This document shows positions 39,690 through 51,021 of a stretch of DNA of 51,021 nt, in pieces. The stretch's first letter is position 1. Each line of letters opens with the position of its first letter. The translations under genes were made by a program, and so were the position numbers. The stretch comes from Octopus sinensis (taxonomy: Eukaryota), in NCBI RefSeq assembly GCF_006345805.1, contig NW_021834412.1, forward strand, positions 1-51,021, in the 5' to 3' direction. The notes under the pieces are model-generated. The model searched no databases. It was given only the letters and a program-made list of their open reading frames with translations, and had not been told where the DNA came from.

Positions 39690-41104
39690 ATGAAAAATTC
39701 GATAAGAAAAAAAAACGCAAAAAAGAATAAATCTCTAGAAAACGGACAATATGAAGCAGGCCTAATAAATATGAGAAACAATTGCTATTTGAACTCCGTA
39801 TTACAGACTTTAATTTTTACTCCACCATTTTATCAACATTATGATTCTAGTCCACACCTTAATCTATGTTTATATTTTCATTTGAATTTTGCAGGTCAAA
39901 AAAATTAAAAAATGAACCATGTCTGGAATGCTCGATAAAATTACACATCGATAAAACGAAGTTAAATTGCTCCTTTTTCCCTGATATGATTATGCAGTGT
40001 TTATTCAGTAACTTATTTTGTTTTAATTAATTACAGATCTCTCTAACACGATAAAAGTTGATGAACAGCAAGACGCTCACGAATGTTTTATATTCATTCT
40101 CGAAAAACTGAATAATAATCTGTATGTTAATAATAATTATTTTAGTTCTAATTCTGGCGACCCGACTATAATTTCACAAATATTTGAAGGAATTCTTCTT
40201 AGTCAAGGTTGATATTTTTATATTATTTCTTAGTTTATTGTACAAGTTGTGGAAATTCTTTCAACAAATTTGATCGTTTTTCGATTTGTCTATTTCAATA
40301 AAAGTATTATAAGAAATTAAGTTTTTTATAGTATGCTTCGTCACTCATAAAGTCAATTTCCTCATATTTTGAAGTTGAACAACTAAATGGGAGTAATAAA
40401 TACTTATGTAATAGGTTTTTTATATTTAAATAACTAACTTATTTAATAGCTGTACAAATTATGTGGAGGCTACAAAGCTTTTAAGTATTAATAAGCTTCC
40501 AAACATTTTGACTTTTCAAATTAAAAAGTAGATAAAATATGATCAAGTAAAATATTTAGATTTTCGAACGAATATAGATCTATACAAAAACTAAAATCAA
40601 AATTTCAATTTGAACACAAAATAAACATGCTCCCCTATTTAACAAACCCTAACGTAATTATCTTGTTTAATAAATTTTAGGGTTCTCCTGAACGATATGA
40701 ATTATATTCAGTTATTGTTCACCAAGGCTATTCTATCATCAAAGGGCATTACATTTGTTATGTAATGTCTCAAAGAGGTGAATGGCTTATGATTGATGAC
40801 GATCAAGTTTTATTATAATATATTTTATTTCAGATACAAGTCACGACGCTAAATGATGTGTTGAAGTCTTCTCCATATTTACTATTTTACAAAAGAATAG
40901 AAAAGTCAATGACTAATAATAATGAAATTGAGGTAATAGAAAAAAATTAAATTTTTATTTAATCAATTATTTTAATTAATATATAAATAGAATAACGCTG
41001 CTATTCCAAATCTCGAGCAATCTGATTTCTTGACTAAACAAGTGTCAGGAAAAAGAAGAATTAAATCTGAATGCGCTGGGAATGCAAAGTTCGTATTAGA
41101 ATGA
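39690..41104 (+). CDS. Ubiquitin-specific protease (USP17/36/42-like), about 10 introns, two apparent frameshifts
   Basis: It has the Cys box GLINMRNNCYLNSVLQTL, QQDAHEC, ISQIFEG, LPNILTFQIKRF and the His box VIVHQG...GHYICYV..WLMIDD..PYLLFY. The start and last exon are uncertain. Confidence 0.85.
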
Positions 41105-41287
41105 TAGAAACCTCACTTTTGTTTTGAATTTTTTTTCTGAATTCTATTTTTGCCGTGTTCAGTCACATCTTCTCCGTTAGTCTCTACCAGGATTTTCTGT
41201 TGGTGCAATATTTTTGAGTTGTCCAGGTCGTCCGCCTCTTCAGTCGCAGACCAACAGTCGACAGATCCTCATTTAAGATGATCGGAA

Positions 41288-41470
41288 GTGTCTCCCTTCC
41301 TCAATCCGATAGAAAATATTTTTCTGTCAGAAAATTTAGCTATAAGAGCTAAAATTCAAAATGAAAATCAATTAAAGAACTGGATTTCAGAAAAATTTAC
41401 TGAAATAACCCGACAACATTGTGATTCGGATAGGAAAATTCTCGGTTACATTAGTATGTCTGAGAAAAGA
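41288..41470 (+). mobile_element. IS630/Tc1 transposase C-terminal remnant
   Basis: It reads SPFLNPIENIF...NENQLKNWISEKFTEIT. Confidence 0.65.
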
Positions 41471-41885
41471 AAAACAGAGAATAAAAGTTCTTTTAATAAA
41501 TGTTGTTTTTAACTTTTCTGATTTTGATTGCAACAATTTTGATTTGGGTTGTGACAAATTCGAAATAGACCTAGAAACCATACATTTAAAAATAACGTGT
41601 AAAAATAACGTGATTTAAAACAATGATTTCTTTTTATGTTCCTTTTATATTTTGCTACTTTAAAGTTCGATGGTAGTTGCCTTTTTTATATGACAGAATG
41701 TAATGATTAAAATTTATTTAGTTATATTGAAAAGTTTTATTAGTTTATTTAGTAAAGCTTCATTATGAAAATGAAACAGTAATAATAAAAAAGCTTATTG
41801 AAAATTTAATCTAAAGAAAAGTAAAAGTAACTAATTAAATATATGGAGTATTTAAATATTATAGGTAAATTATAACAAAAATAGG

Positions 41886-42794
<909 letters not shown>

Positions 42795-42959
42795 GACAAA
42801 CAGACCAAAACTAGTTATTTAAATATTTAATTTAAAAATTATATTTTATAAAATAATTCAAATTGATCAGAAATCGTATAAAAATAAAATAATTTGAATT
42901 CAATTTTTGGACTTGATTTAAAGGAGGTAATTTAGTTAAAAACTATAACATTTGTCGAC

Positions 42960-44087
42960 GGAAAATCTTATGCAATTATCCGAATCGTCCTCATCGTCTT
43001 CACAAGAAATATCTCTTGACATTAAACATATTTCATAATCGGACATGATTCCGATATATTCGTCGTCCTCATTAGCAACATCCATCGCTATTTCATGACA
43101 TGTGAAAAAATAATTCAATTTTAAAATTACAAATTATAATTATGCAATGCTTACTGGTTGCTTGGCTTGCTTACTGGCTGCCTCACAACCATATTCGGGG
43201 GCTTGGTTGACCGCTATCCCAATGGGTTCTATTGAACCTTATTGGACGATGATTGCCTGAGGATCGGCATATCACTGCGCCTAGGTCTGAACGTATGCCG
43301 GGAACACCGGTGTCGCTGTGGATCGACCGTTGACCCCTTTGGATTGCACCCGTTATCGTGCCAAAGAAGTCCCGGACGCTTCCCTCGACATACGGCTCTG
43401 AACGACATAGTCAAGCGGACTCTGGAAACTGCCGGATTCCCTTCACAGCTGGAACCGGTCGGGCTGGCTCGGGAGGATGGTAAACGTCCTGATGGTCTAA
43501 CGACCTTCCCATTTGAAAATGGCAAGTCTCTCATCTGGGACGCCACTTGCACGGATACCTTCTCCGCCGGGAACATCTTGTCGTTGGCTTCAGAGCCGGG
43601 CTCCGCAGCCAACCTGGCCGAAACGCTAAAAATCAAGAAATACAGTGCATTATCTCACACCACATCTTTGCCCCGATCGCAGTGGAGACATCGGGAGTCC
43701 TCGGCCCCAGAACTAAAAAATTCCTTATTAAACTGGGGGATTTGGCAAGCAAAGAAGAAATGATCATCGGGAACGGACATGGCTTTTCCAACGCATATCA
43801 ATAGACATCTTGCGTGGGAATTGCCATTCCATCTATCCTCTGCTGCTAATTAAATATACATAATTATCATAAATTGATTCACTTTAAAAAAAAAATTATG
43901 CAATTAAGCGAACATTTTTATAAGAAAAAATAGTAAATGTTCCCAATGAGAGTATGCAATAAACCGATTTATCCAATTAACCGATACGTAATTATGCAAT
44001 TAACCGATCTATTTTGAATGGAAAGCATATAAATTATGATTTTAAATATAAATTTATGCGGTTAACCGATTTATGCAATTTGTAGTG
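42960..44087. mobile_element. Right end of a CACTA/CMC-like DNA transposon with subterminal repeats
   Basis: The terminus ttgtagtg (reverse complement CACTACAA) is at 44080-44087. About 8 variants of tatgcaattaaccgat lie between 42969 and 44080. Confidence 0.5.
43149..43895 (+). mobile_element. 5'-truncated CRE-clade retrotransposon with poly(A) and target-site duplication
   Basis: It reads [15 protein letters not shown]...RHTALND...KRPDG...IWDATC...[10 protein letters not shown]. An A10 tail is at 43886-43895 and the TSD aattatgcaat at 43138-43148 and 43894-43904. Confidence 0.9.
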
Positions 44088-44155
44088 TAAATCATTTATA
44101 AGGAAAAAAAAGAATAAAAAATTTTATTTGTAAAAATTAATATACAAATAATTAT

Positions 44156-45064
44156 CTATTTATTCGAAATATAATTCTCAATGCACTCAGTCCCAAATAA
44201 AAACGCAGATCCTAATATACTAGCCAGAGCAGAAAAGGTCCTCTTCGTTGAATCAGTAGACACCAGACTACTTGAAGGCAATTCTCGGAAAAATAAAACA
44301 TCCAATAAAAGTCCCGAGGATAAGATATAGACTGTCATAGATATGGCGGACTTCCCACAGTCACTAGAACTATGCATAACCTGCCGAGTTACAAAAACAC
44401 CCAAAGGGGTGGAAAATGAGAATAAAACCCCACAAACAAAATGAAAAATATGAGAAAATTTTTGCGGAACTGCTTTGCAGGCCAATGCCAAGCAAACGCA
44501 AATTTTATGCCCAATCGTAGCGACAAAAAATAACGTAAATTTTTCATGTTGTATACCCAATGTAAAACCGTCAAACAAAGAGTGGAGAGTAAAAACCAGA
44601 AAAATAGATACAAAGTCCGACAAACGACTTTGATTGTTTTCGGACAGTTCGGATGGTTCTGGAAGGATTGTCTCATAGCCTTGGTGTGTCGTAAGTGATT
44701 CGTGAAGAAGACCCGTGTGTTCTTCAAGTGATGAATTTTTCATTAATCCATTAATAATTATCGATAACATCAAAACGAAAATGACAAAAATTGGAAAAAT
44801 ATTCCATTGATGTAAAGACGGCCAACATTTGGTGGAGATATTTTCATATTCGGCCAATCCTTCTGGAAATAAAACTCCGAGGGTCAGAGCTACGAGAATT
44901 CCGTTAACAAAACATGTCCCATACTGTTTAAACGTAGTTAAAGTGGAACTGTAGCTAGAAAAAATTCTGGTTAGAATGTACGGAATGGTATAAACAGCTC
45001 CAGTAAATATAAATAAGCACAATACTAAAGTTATTTCATAGTTAGACATATAAGAATAGATCAT
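44156..45064 (-). CDS. ZIP (SLC39, ZIP1/2/3-like) zinc/iron transporter, intronless
   Basis: The open ORF of about 300 aa has multiple hydrophobic segments, TCFVNGILVA..LFPE, HSLFDGFTLG (TM4), HKICVCLAL (TM5) and FSFSTPLG. The first ATG is at 45064. Confidence 0.9.
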   Translation of the reverse strand: MIYSYMSNYEITLVLCLFIFTGAVYTIPYILTRIFSSYSSTLTTFKQYGTCFVNGILVALTLGVLFPEGLAEYENISTKCWPSLHQWNIFPIFVIFVLMLSIIINGLMKNSSLEEHTGLLHESLTTHQGYETILPEPSELSENNQSRLSDFVSIFLVFTLHSLFDGFTLGIQHEKFTLFFVATIGHKICVCLALACKAVPQKFSHIFHFVCGVLFSFSTPLGVFVTRQVMHSSSDCGKSAISMTVYILSSGLLLDVLFFRELPSSSLVSTDSTKRTFSALASILGSAFLFGTECIENYISNK

Positions 45065-45369
45065 GTTGACCTCAAAACATAATTCAGGAATCAATTTTTC
45101 TGAGGTAAACCAGAAACAATTTTAAAATATAACGATTAAATGTATATTAATATAAATTGATTTTTATTTTTAAATTAATTTTAGCGAAAATTAATTTTAA
45201 AAAATTACTATTCGAATTCATTCTGATAGAAAATCTCTATTGTTGCCGATTAAAATTTTATTTATTATTATTTAAATATTATTGAATATCTAAATTATAT
45301 TTTTAATTACTCAACAAATAAATGATCTCTGGAAAATATTCAACTTTGTTGGGTGTTTCATATTTAAAA
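45065..45369. promoter_or_regulatory. Putative bidirectional promoter between the divergent ZIP and UNG genes
   Basis: A 305-bp, extremely AT-rich spacer lies between two head-to-head start codons. Confidence 0.45.
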
Positions 45370-46350
45370 ATGTCCCATCAATCCAAGCTGACTGCATTCG
45401 TTTTAAAAGTTTAATTTCTAACAAAATTGATTAGAAAAGCGACCTTTCTACAAATCAAATATCTAGAATTGAAAACAGTAAACTTGCCGCTGAAATAAAA
45501 TTGGCGGCAACCCAAACTTCAAATTTAGTTGACAATGTGGGTCCATCCTGGTTCAAAGAATTAAAAAACGAATTTAGAAAAGACTATTTCATAAATGTTT
45601 TTTAATTAATAATATTAATAGTTATCAGAATATATTAAACAAGAGCGATTAAACAACACAATTTTCCCATCTCCAGAAAACGTATTTTCCTTCACTCGTT
45701 TCTGCCCAATAAACGATGTAATTTCTCATACCACATTAAATAAGGTCAAAGTTGTCATCCTCGGTCAAGACCCTTATCACGGAATCGGACAAGCAAATGG
45801 TTTCTCTTAACTGACGACATATTTAGGCCTGTGTTTTAGTGTTGATAAATCCGTAAAAATCCCCCCAAGGTACCTCATGTATTTAATCTTAGCCTTCAAA
45901 ACATTTTTAAAGAACTTTCCGTGGACATTCCCCACACTAAAATCCCCAGCCATGGATGTCTCGAGAGTTGGGCAAGGCAAGGTATCCTCTCAGTAAGAAT
46001 GTAGGAGTCCTCTTGCTCAATGCTGTCCTTACAGTGAGGAGTTCTCAGCCTAATTCTCACAAGGGACGCGGATGGGAGGAGTTCACGGATTCCGTAGTAG
46101 AATGGTTGAATAAAAAAACGAATAATGTGGTGTTCATGTTGTGGGGGAGTTATGCTCAAAAAAAGGGGTCCCACATAGATAAGGTGTAGACGAATGTTAC
46201 ATAAGGCAGAGTAGACATTGTGTACTTACAGCACCACATCCTTCGCCTTTTTCTGCCAGGAGTGGATTTTTTGGATGTAGACACTTCTCAAAGGCAAATG
46301 AGTATCTCCTAAGTAAAGGGAAGAGAGTGATTGATTGGAGCATTGCATAG
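45370..46350 (+). CDS. UNG: Family-1 uracil-DNA glycosylase with N-terminal PIP-like motif, 7 introns
   Basis: It reads [79 protein letters not shown] and IDW. Confidence 0.97.
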
Positions 46351-46482
46351 TCATTTGATTATTTTTTTTCTTTTCTAAATCCTGTTGTATTGATGATAAT
46401 AATTAATTATTATTAATATTTTATAATTATTAATTTTTAAAAAAATCACGTTTTTTATATCATTTGGTGTCTTTGTGGCCTA

Positions 46483-47157
46483 ATGAGAAATATTGTGAGT
46501 ACCCAGGAAATTAAAGTTCCTAGAAATGGTTTTCATATTCATTGATATTAATTTAGTTACATTCGAAATTAAAGCACGACTGATAACAATCACAGGTCCT
46601 CGGGGTAGTCTCACAAGAAGTTTCCGCCATGCTTCAATAAGCATTATAAAAATGGGGAAACAACGTATTATGCTAGAAAAAGTCAATTCTACAACTCGTG
46701 ATGTCGCTCTTCTGAACACAATTTCCTCCCACATCACCAATATGATCAAAGGAGTGACAAAAGTATCTAAAAATAGTCAAATTCCAGGGATTTCGTTATG
46801 TAATCAGAGCAATTAGTCGAATGTTTCCGATTGGAATTGACATTACTGAAAATGGGACAAAATTAACAGTTATTTTTATATTGTCGTTTATTTTGTAGAT
46901 CGAGAAATTATTTGGAGGACTTGAAAAACGAAATTATTCTTTTCCGCAGGGTGTGACGATTAGACCTTCAGGGTTATTGAAGGATGAGTACTACGTCGAG
47001 GGGAATGATATTGAATTGGTGTCTCGTTCTGGTATCCGTTCTTTAGTGACTGTTAGCCTCTTCTTTGCACGAGATGTGTAAAGTAAAGAATAAGGATACT
47101 CGTCTTTTCTTGGACGGTATCTATATCTCTAGTAAGACCACTGTTGTCCCGACATAA
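46483..47157 (+). CDS. RPL9: 60S ribosomal protein uL6 (L9), divergent, 4 introns
   Basis: It reads ITGPRGSLTRSFRH, TISSHITNMIKGVTKGFRY, KDEYYVEGNDIELVSRSA and VKNKDTRLFLDGIYISSK. Confidence 0.93.
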
Positions 47158-47734
47158 TTTCTTTACTCTCTCGTTTTCTTTTAATTTTATTATGGGAAAT
47201 TATTCTTTTTATTTATTTCGGCTAACTTTCTTTTCTGTTTGTGTAAGTTTTACTTTTGGCCAAGAATTACATTACCAGTGGTAGATTAGGCAAGCAAAAT
47301 GAGGGGTGTTTTATCACATCCTCAGATTTGATGTGGATGCTCCCGAGAACACAGACATGGAGGATCGTTTTTTTGTCATCCCACTACGCTTCAGCTGCCG
47401 AACAAAGGCAACACTACGGGTTATTTTTAACGAATATCTCAGAAGAATTTGGCAGTATTTTTATGTTGTATGCAAGGGCCACGCAATCGCTAGAAATGGA
47501 GAAAGCTATCTAGTGAATTTATTTATTGTTTTATATGCATTGCCATTGCCGATGAAATCGCTATAGTGCCAAGAATAATAGTAATTTAACAATTCTTTGA
47601 AGACAAGCGTTTTTGTTTAATTTTCTACGAACTTTAATGATTGATTATTTTTTTTATAGGTATTGATCAAGTTCTTGAAAAAATATATATAAATAAACTT
47701 TATTTTGAAAAATTACAAATCAAAGAATCTGTTA

Positions 47735-47832
47735 TTCAGTATTTAATTAGCAGCAGAGGATAAGATGGAATGGCAATTCCCACGCAAGATGGCTATTGAT
47801 ATGCGTTGGAAAAGCCATGTCCGTTCCCGATG
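47735..47832 (-). mobile_element. Short inverted copy of the 3' end of the 43149-43895 CRE element
   Basis: It is a near-identical reverse complement of about 43762-43856. Confidence 0.85.
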
Positions 47833-48458
47833 AAAAATTGACTAGACATATGTTTAAAAAGAACTAATTTGATTGAAAAATTGTTTTCAGCATAAGTTTA
47901 AAGCTGTATTTATTTTTTTAATTAATATTGAAAGTTACTTGCACAAAAAATAATTTTAATGGAGTTAGTTTTAGTTAGTTGAGCACAAAGCGCTTTTTCG
48001 CGTAGCCCAACAAGGGTTTCGCTTAAACTATGCATTTCGAATATCCTCTTGCTATCTTTTCCCACTTCGCCTTTTTACGACTTGCATTCGAACATAGTCC
48101 AGAACAGTGGTTCTCAAACTTTTTTGCTTTCGTACTTCTTGGCATCCTCGACATATCGTCCACAAACTCCTTTAATTTGGCGGAACGCTGCTTATTGTTT
48201 TTATAAAATAATAAAATTTCACTGTTTTACATACTTTATAACATATTTCTTATAGTGTTAATTACCTACAACCGACGCTTCATTGGTTCACGAAAGTAAT
48301 TTTCTATCAAAGTAGTTGTGAATCCTTTCGTATAATATGTGACATGGGCCGCGCGTTACATTTTTTGACCTTGTATCTGTCAAATTAGAATTCTTTGATT
48401 AGCCGAAATTTAATTTTTTATAGTGAACAAATATATTAATGAATCGATTTCAAACATG

Positions 48459-48705
48459 TTAAGAACGAGCGGCTGACGACATAATCGAATAGGCATTGCC
48501 GCGAACAACGGCCAAACCTAATCTTTGTCGAAGCCATGTTGGTTCCCTCCAATCGTTTTTTACATGAGCAATTTTTCGACCGATTTCTTTAAGGAATGAC
48601 TCAGTTACAGTTCCTGTGACACCCGAAGTCTCGACTGCCACAGGAACAAAGCGGTACGAATCCCCGATTGTGGAATATTTGGCAATTTTTGCTGTCGTCA
48701 GCCGC
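48459..48705 (-). mobile_element. CRE-clade 3' fragment
   Basis: It reads KIAKYSTIGDSYRFVPVAVETSG...WLRQRLGLAVVRGNAYSI. Confidence 0.8.
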
Positions 48706-48974
48706 GGAAAACTAGCCTGTCTTATAATTAACTCGTTTTTGAAATAAATTGTTCTGAAATTTAAAAAAAAACATGTTAAATAATCTTTAATTTATTAATG
48801 TTACAATGATAATCAAAGGCTTAAAAACCATTATTATGTTTAGGATGTATATGTAGCCTGGCGAATTGCCAAACTGTTGTTACAATTATTAAGATTTTAA
48901 TTTTTTAACTTGGATAACTTACATTTCTAGCGTGTTTTTTCTTGTTTTATCTTGTTGTAATGAGTTCTTACTAG

Positions 48975-50155
48975 GGTTTTGTATAAGACATTATCGAATA
49001 TGAGATTTTAAAGGATGCGTTGGCTGCTAAATTTCCAGAAAATTTTTCGAGGCACAAAAAATATAAGGTTGCCAATAAAATAGAGAATTTTACTATCATC
49101 AATGAAAGGTATTTTGAATGCGCAATAAGTTTCATATCTTAAATCCGCTGATCCCAAGTTAGTCATTACTCTGGATAATGAATCTGAAATTGAGCTTATT
49201 GCAAAAACATTGCACGGGCATTCTCACGGAGGAGTGAATAAAATTGAATATCAGTGTCGACAAAGTTACTTTACTGTAAAGAATGAAATAATCAGAAAAG
49301 TAATTCGAAATTGTCAAGTCTGTAAATTTTCACGTCCTTTAAAAGTATAAACATTTTTTATTGTAAATTGGAGATATAAATCACCATGTTTTTGTTTCTT
49401 GTCCTAATGAACGGTTTCAGATAGATCTTATTGACTTAAAAAGATTTTCGGCCCATGTCAAATTCTTCTGAGTTTAAGAATCAGGAAATAAAGAAAATTT
49501 GTTTTGATTTTAAAATCAAACAAATTCACGGAAGACCTAACAATCCACGGACATAGGGGATTGTAGAGAGATTCAACCAAACTTTAACAAGAAAGTTATC
49601 AAAAATTCTTGATACAGCGAGAAAAAGTGGATAGTGGAATTAGAAAATGTGTGTACAGTTTGATAAACATCTCTGTACATTATTTTCTAATGTAGAGCCC
49701 CTTTGAAAAATATAGGGAATTAATGGAATAAATCAATAATTTGGTGGTTTCTATATAATTTTTAGATGATCAGATGATTGTGTTATTTCAGAGCAAATGG
49801 AAGATCATTATTGTTCACTCCAGAAATCGTAGAAAATTTGCGTAATCCAATTTAAAATATATACGTAGTAATTCCGAGTCAGAATTTTCCTTATCCGGAT
49901 CCAAAAAAATTCAAATTTATAAGGAAACCCATTGTGAAACTTCTAATTATTACAAAGCTATGAACAGGAAAATGAATGTTCATAATAGTAATATGATTAT
50001 AATGTTGGTGATAAAGTAAGAAATAAAAAAATTAATAAATAGATTCGAATTAAAAAGATTTTGGAACTAATCCATCGTTGCGACTGGATAAATTCGAATC
50101 AAAGTACTATCCACCAGCTGAAATAATAAATATTTTGTCGAATAATCGCTTAGAG
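48975..50155 (+). mobile_element. Decayed Ginger/KRBA2-like integrase gene, apparently with tiny introns
   Basis: The HHCC motif reads HGHSHGGVNK...VIRNCQVC. It continues PNERFQIDLIDL, QIHGRPNNPRT*GIVERFNQTLTRKL and YNVGDKV. No RT, gag or LTR was seen. Confidence 0.7.
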
Positions 50156-50189
50156 GTACTTTTAAATTTATTTATTTAATAGATTAAAC

Positions 50190-51021
50190 CAGGGGTGTCA
50201 AACTCATTTCTTCCGCGGGCCGTATTAAAAAAATTTTAGGCTCCGCGGGCCAGACTATTTATTTAACAAAATTCGTACTATGATTTTTAATTTATAATTT
50301 TAATTTAAAATCATTTAACAACACATTTATTAATTTTTATAATTAAAATATGTTCCAGAAACTTGACATCTTTTTTTCTTCATAATAGCGTCAATATCTG
50401 GAGTGAAATCCTGAGTTACCCTCAATCTTAGAATCTCACTTAGATGAGTGTGGGTGAGCCTTGATCGAAATTTTGTTTTGTTTATGTTCATTAAAAAGAA
50501 AAGTTGTTCACATAGATACAAAAATAAAAATATTAGTTATTGTTTATATATTGTTAAAATTCTATTTAGATATTTTTTTTGATTCGTTTCTTGGAAATTT
50601 TAGGAAAAATGTAGTGTTCGTTTTTTATTTTGGTTTACTGTATGTACTTTCGAACATTGACAAGATTTTCGAAGCTAAGGCTGTTAAGTTGGGATACTTC
50701 GGCAAGAGATATTTATAAAAGGTGTCTAAGCCCACCATGGTAATTTATTCTTCAGATCTGAGTCACATTAAAATCAATAATTTCCAATTGTAAGTAAGCT
50801 CAAGATTGTGTAATTTTGCATGAATGGTATTCGAAAAACAAGTAAATTCGTTTTCAAGTTCACGAAAAATTTTCAAACGTGGTCCAAATGTTTGAAGTAA
50901 ATCCTGTTATTTTCACTTTTTACTTCTTGTATTTTTATTTGTTTTTAAATAATAATTTTAGATTTAATACACTTTTAACTTTTACCCGCGGGCCATTTGA
51001 GATCGTCCGCGGGCGTATCTT
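50190..51021 (-). mobile_element. Internally deleted hAT (Charlie/SPIN-like) element running to the window edge
   Basis: The TIR caggggtgtcaaactc follows gattaaac. It reads YLCEQLF.LMNINKTKFRSRLTH...PDIDAIMKKKRCQVS, with ccgcgggc subterminal repeats at both ends. Confidence 0.8.

Noticed and set aside
42936-43118. Small acidic ORF MDVANEDDEY...
   Set aside because: It is short, overlaps the subterminal repeats of the CACTA-like end and has no recognisable family; it is probably transposon-derived.

Overview
AT-rich eukaryotic nuclear DNA, most likely from a reduced, fast-evolving animal parasite. The evidence is a DEPDC1/7-LET-99-family gene, a GON4L-like gene and tiny introns at ancestral animal positions; a dicyemid or myxozoan fits, but the sequence alone cannot decide. 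I reconstructed by hand about 11 intron-dense genes: GON4L-like, a stand-alone GluRS, a DEP-RhoGAP-like protein, a 4-RRM protein, a 67-aa orphan, RABGGTB, a USP, NKAP, UNG and RPL9, plus an intronless ZIP transporter. Together they carry about 75 GT-AG introns, mostly 23-32 nt. The genes are islands in a graveyard of decayed transposons (CRE- and R4/Dong-type REL retrotransposons, RTE-, I- and Jockey-like LINEs, Tc1, hAT, a CACTA-like end, a Ginger-like integrase). The most notable signals are a C-rich to G-rich skew switch along each gene (visible in introns too), GluRS split from ProRS and lacking its GST-like domain, and a 16-bp motif at three junctions of stacked R4-like elements. Also notable are operon-like gene spacing with a shared pre-ATG motif and four clustered -1 frameshifts. 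No rRNA, tRNA or CRISPR was seen. All family calls are from recognised motifs, not database searches, and transposon boundaries are approximate.
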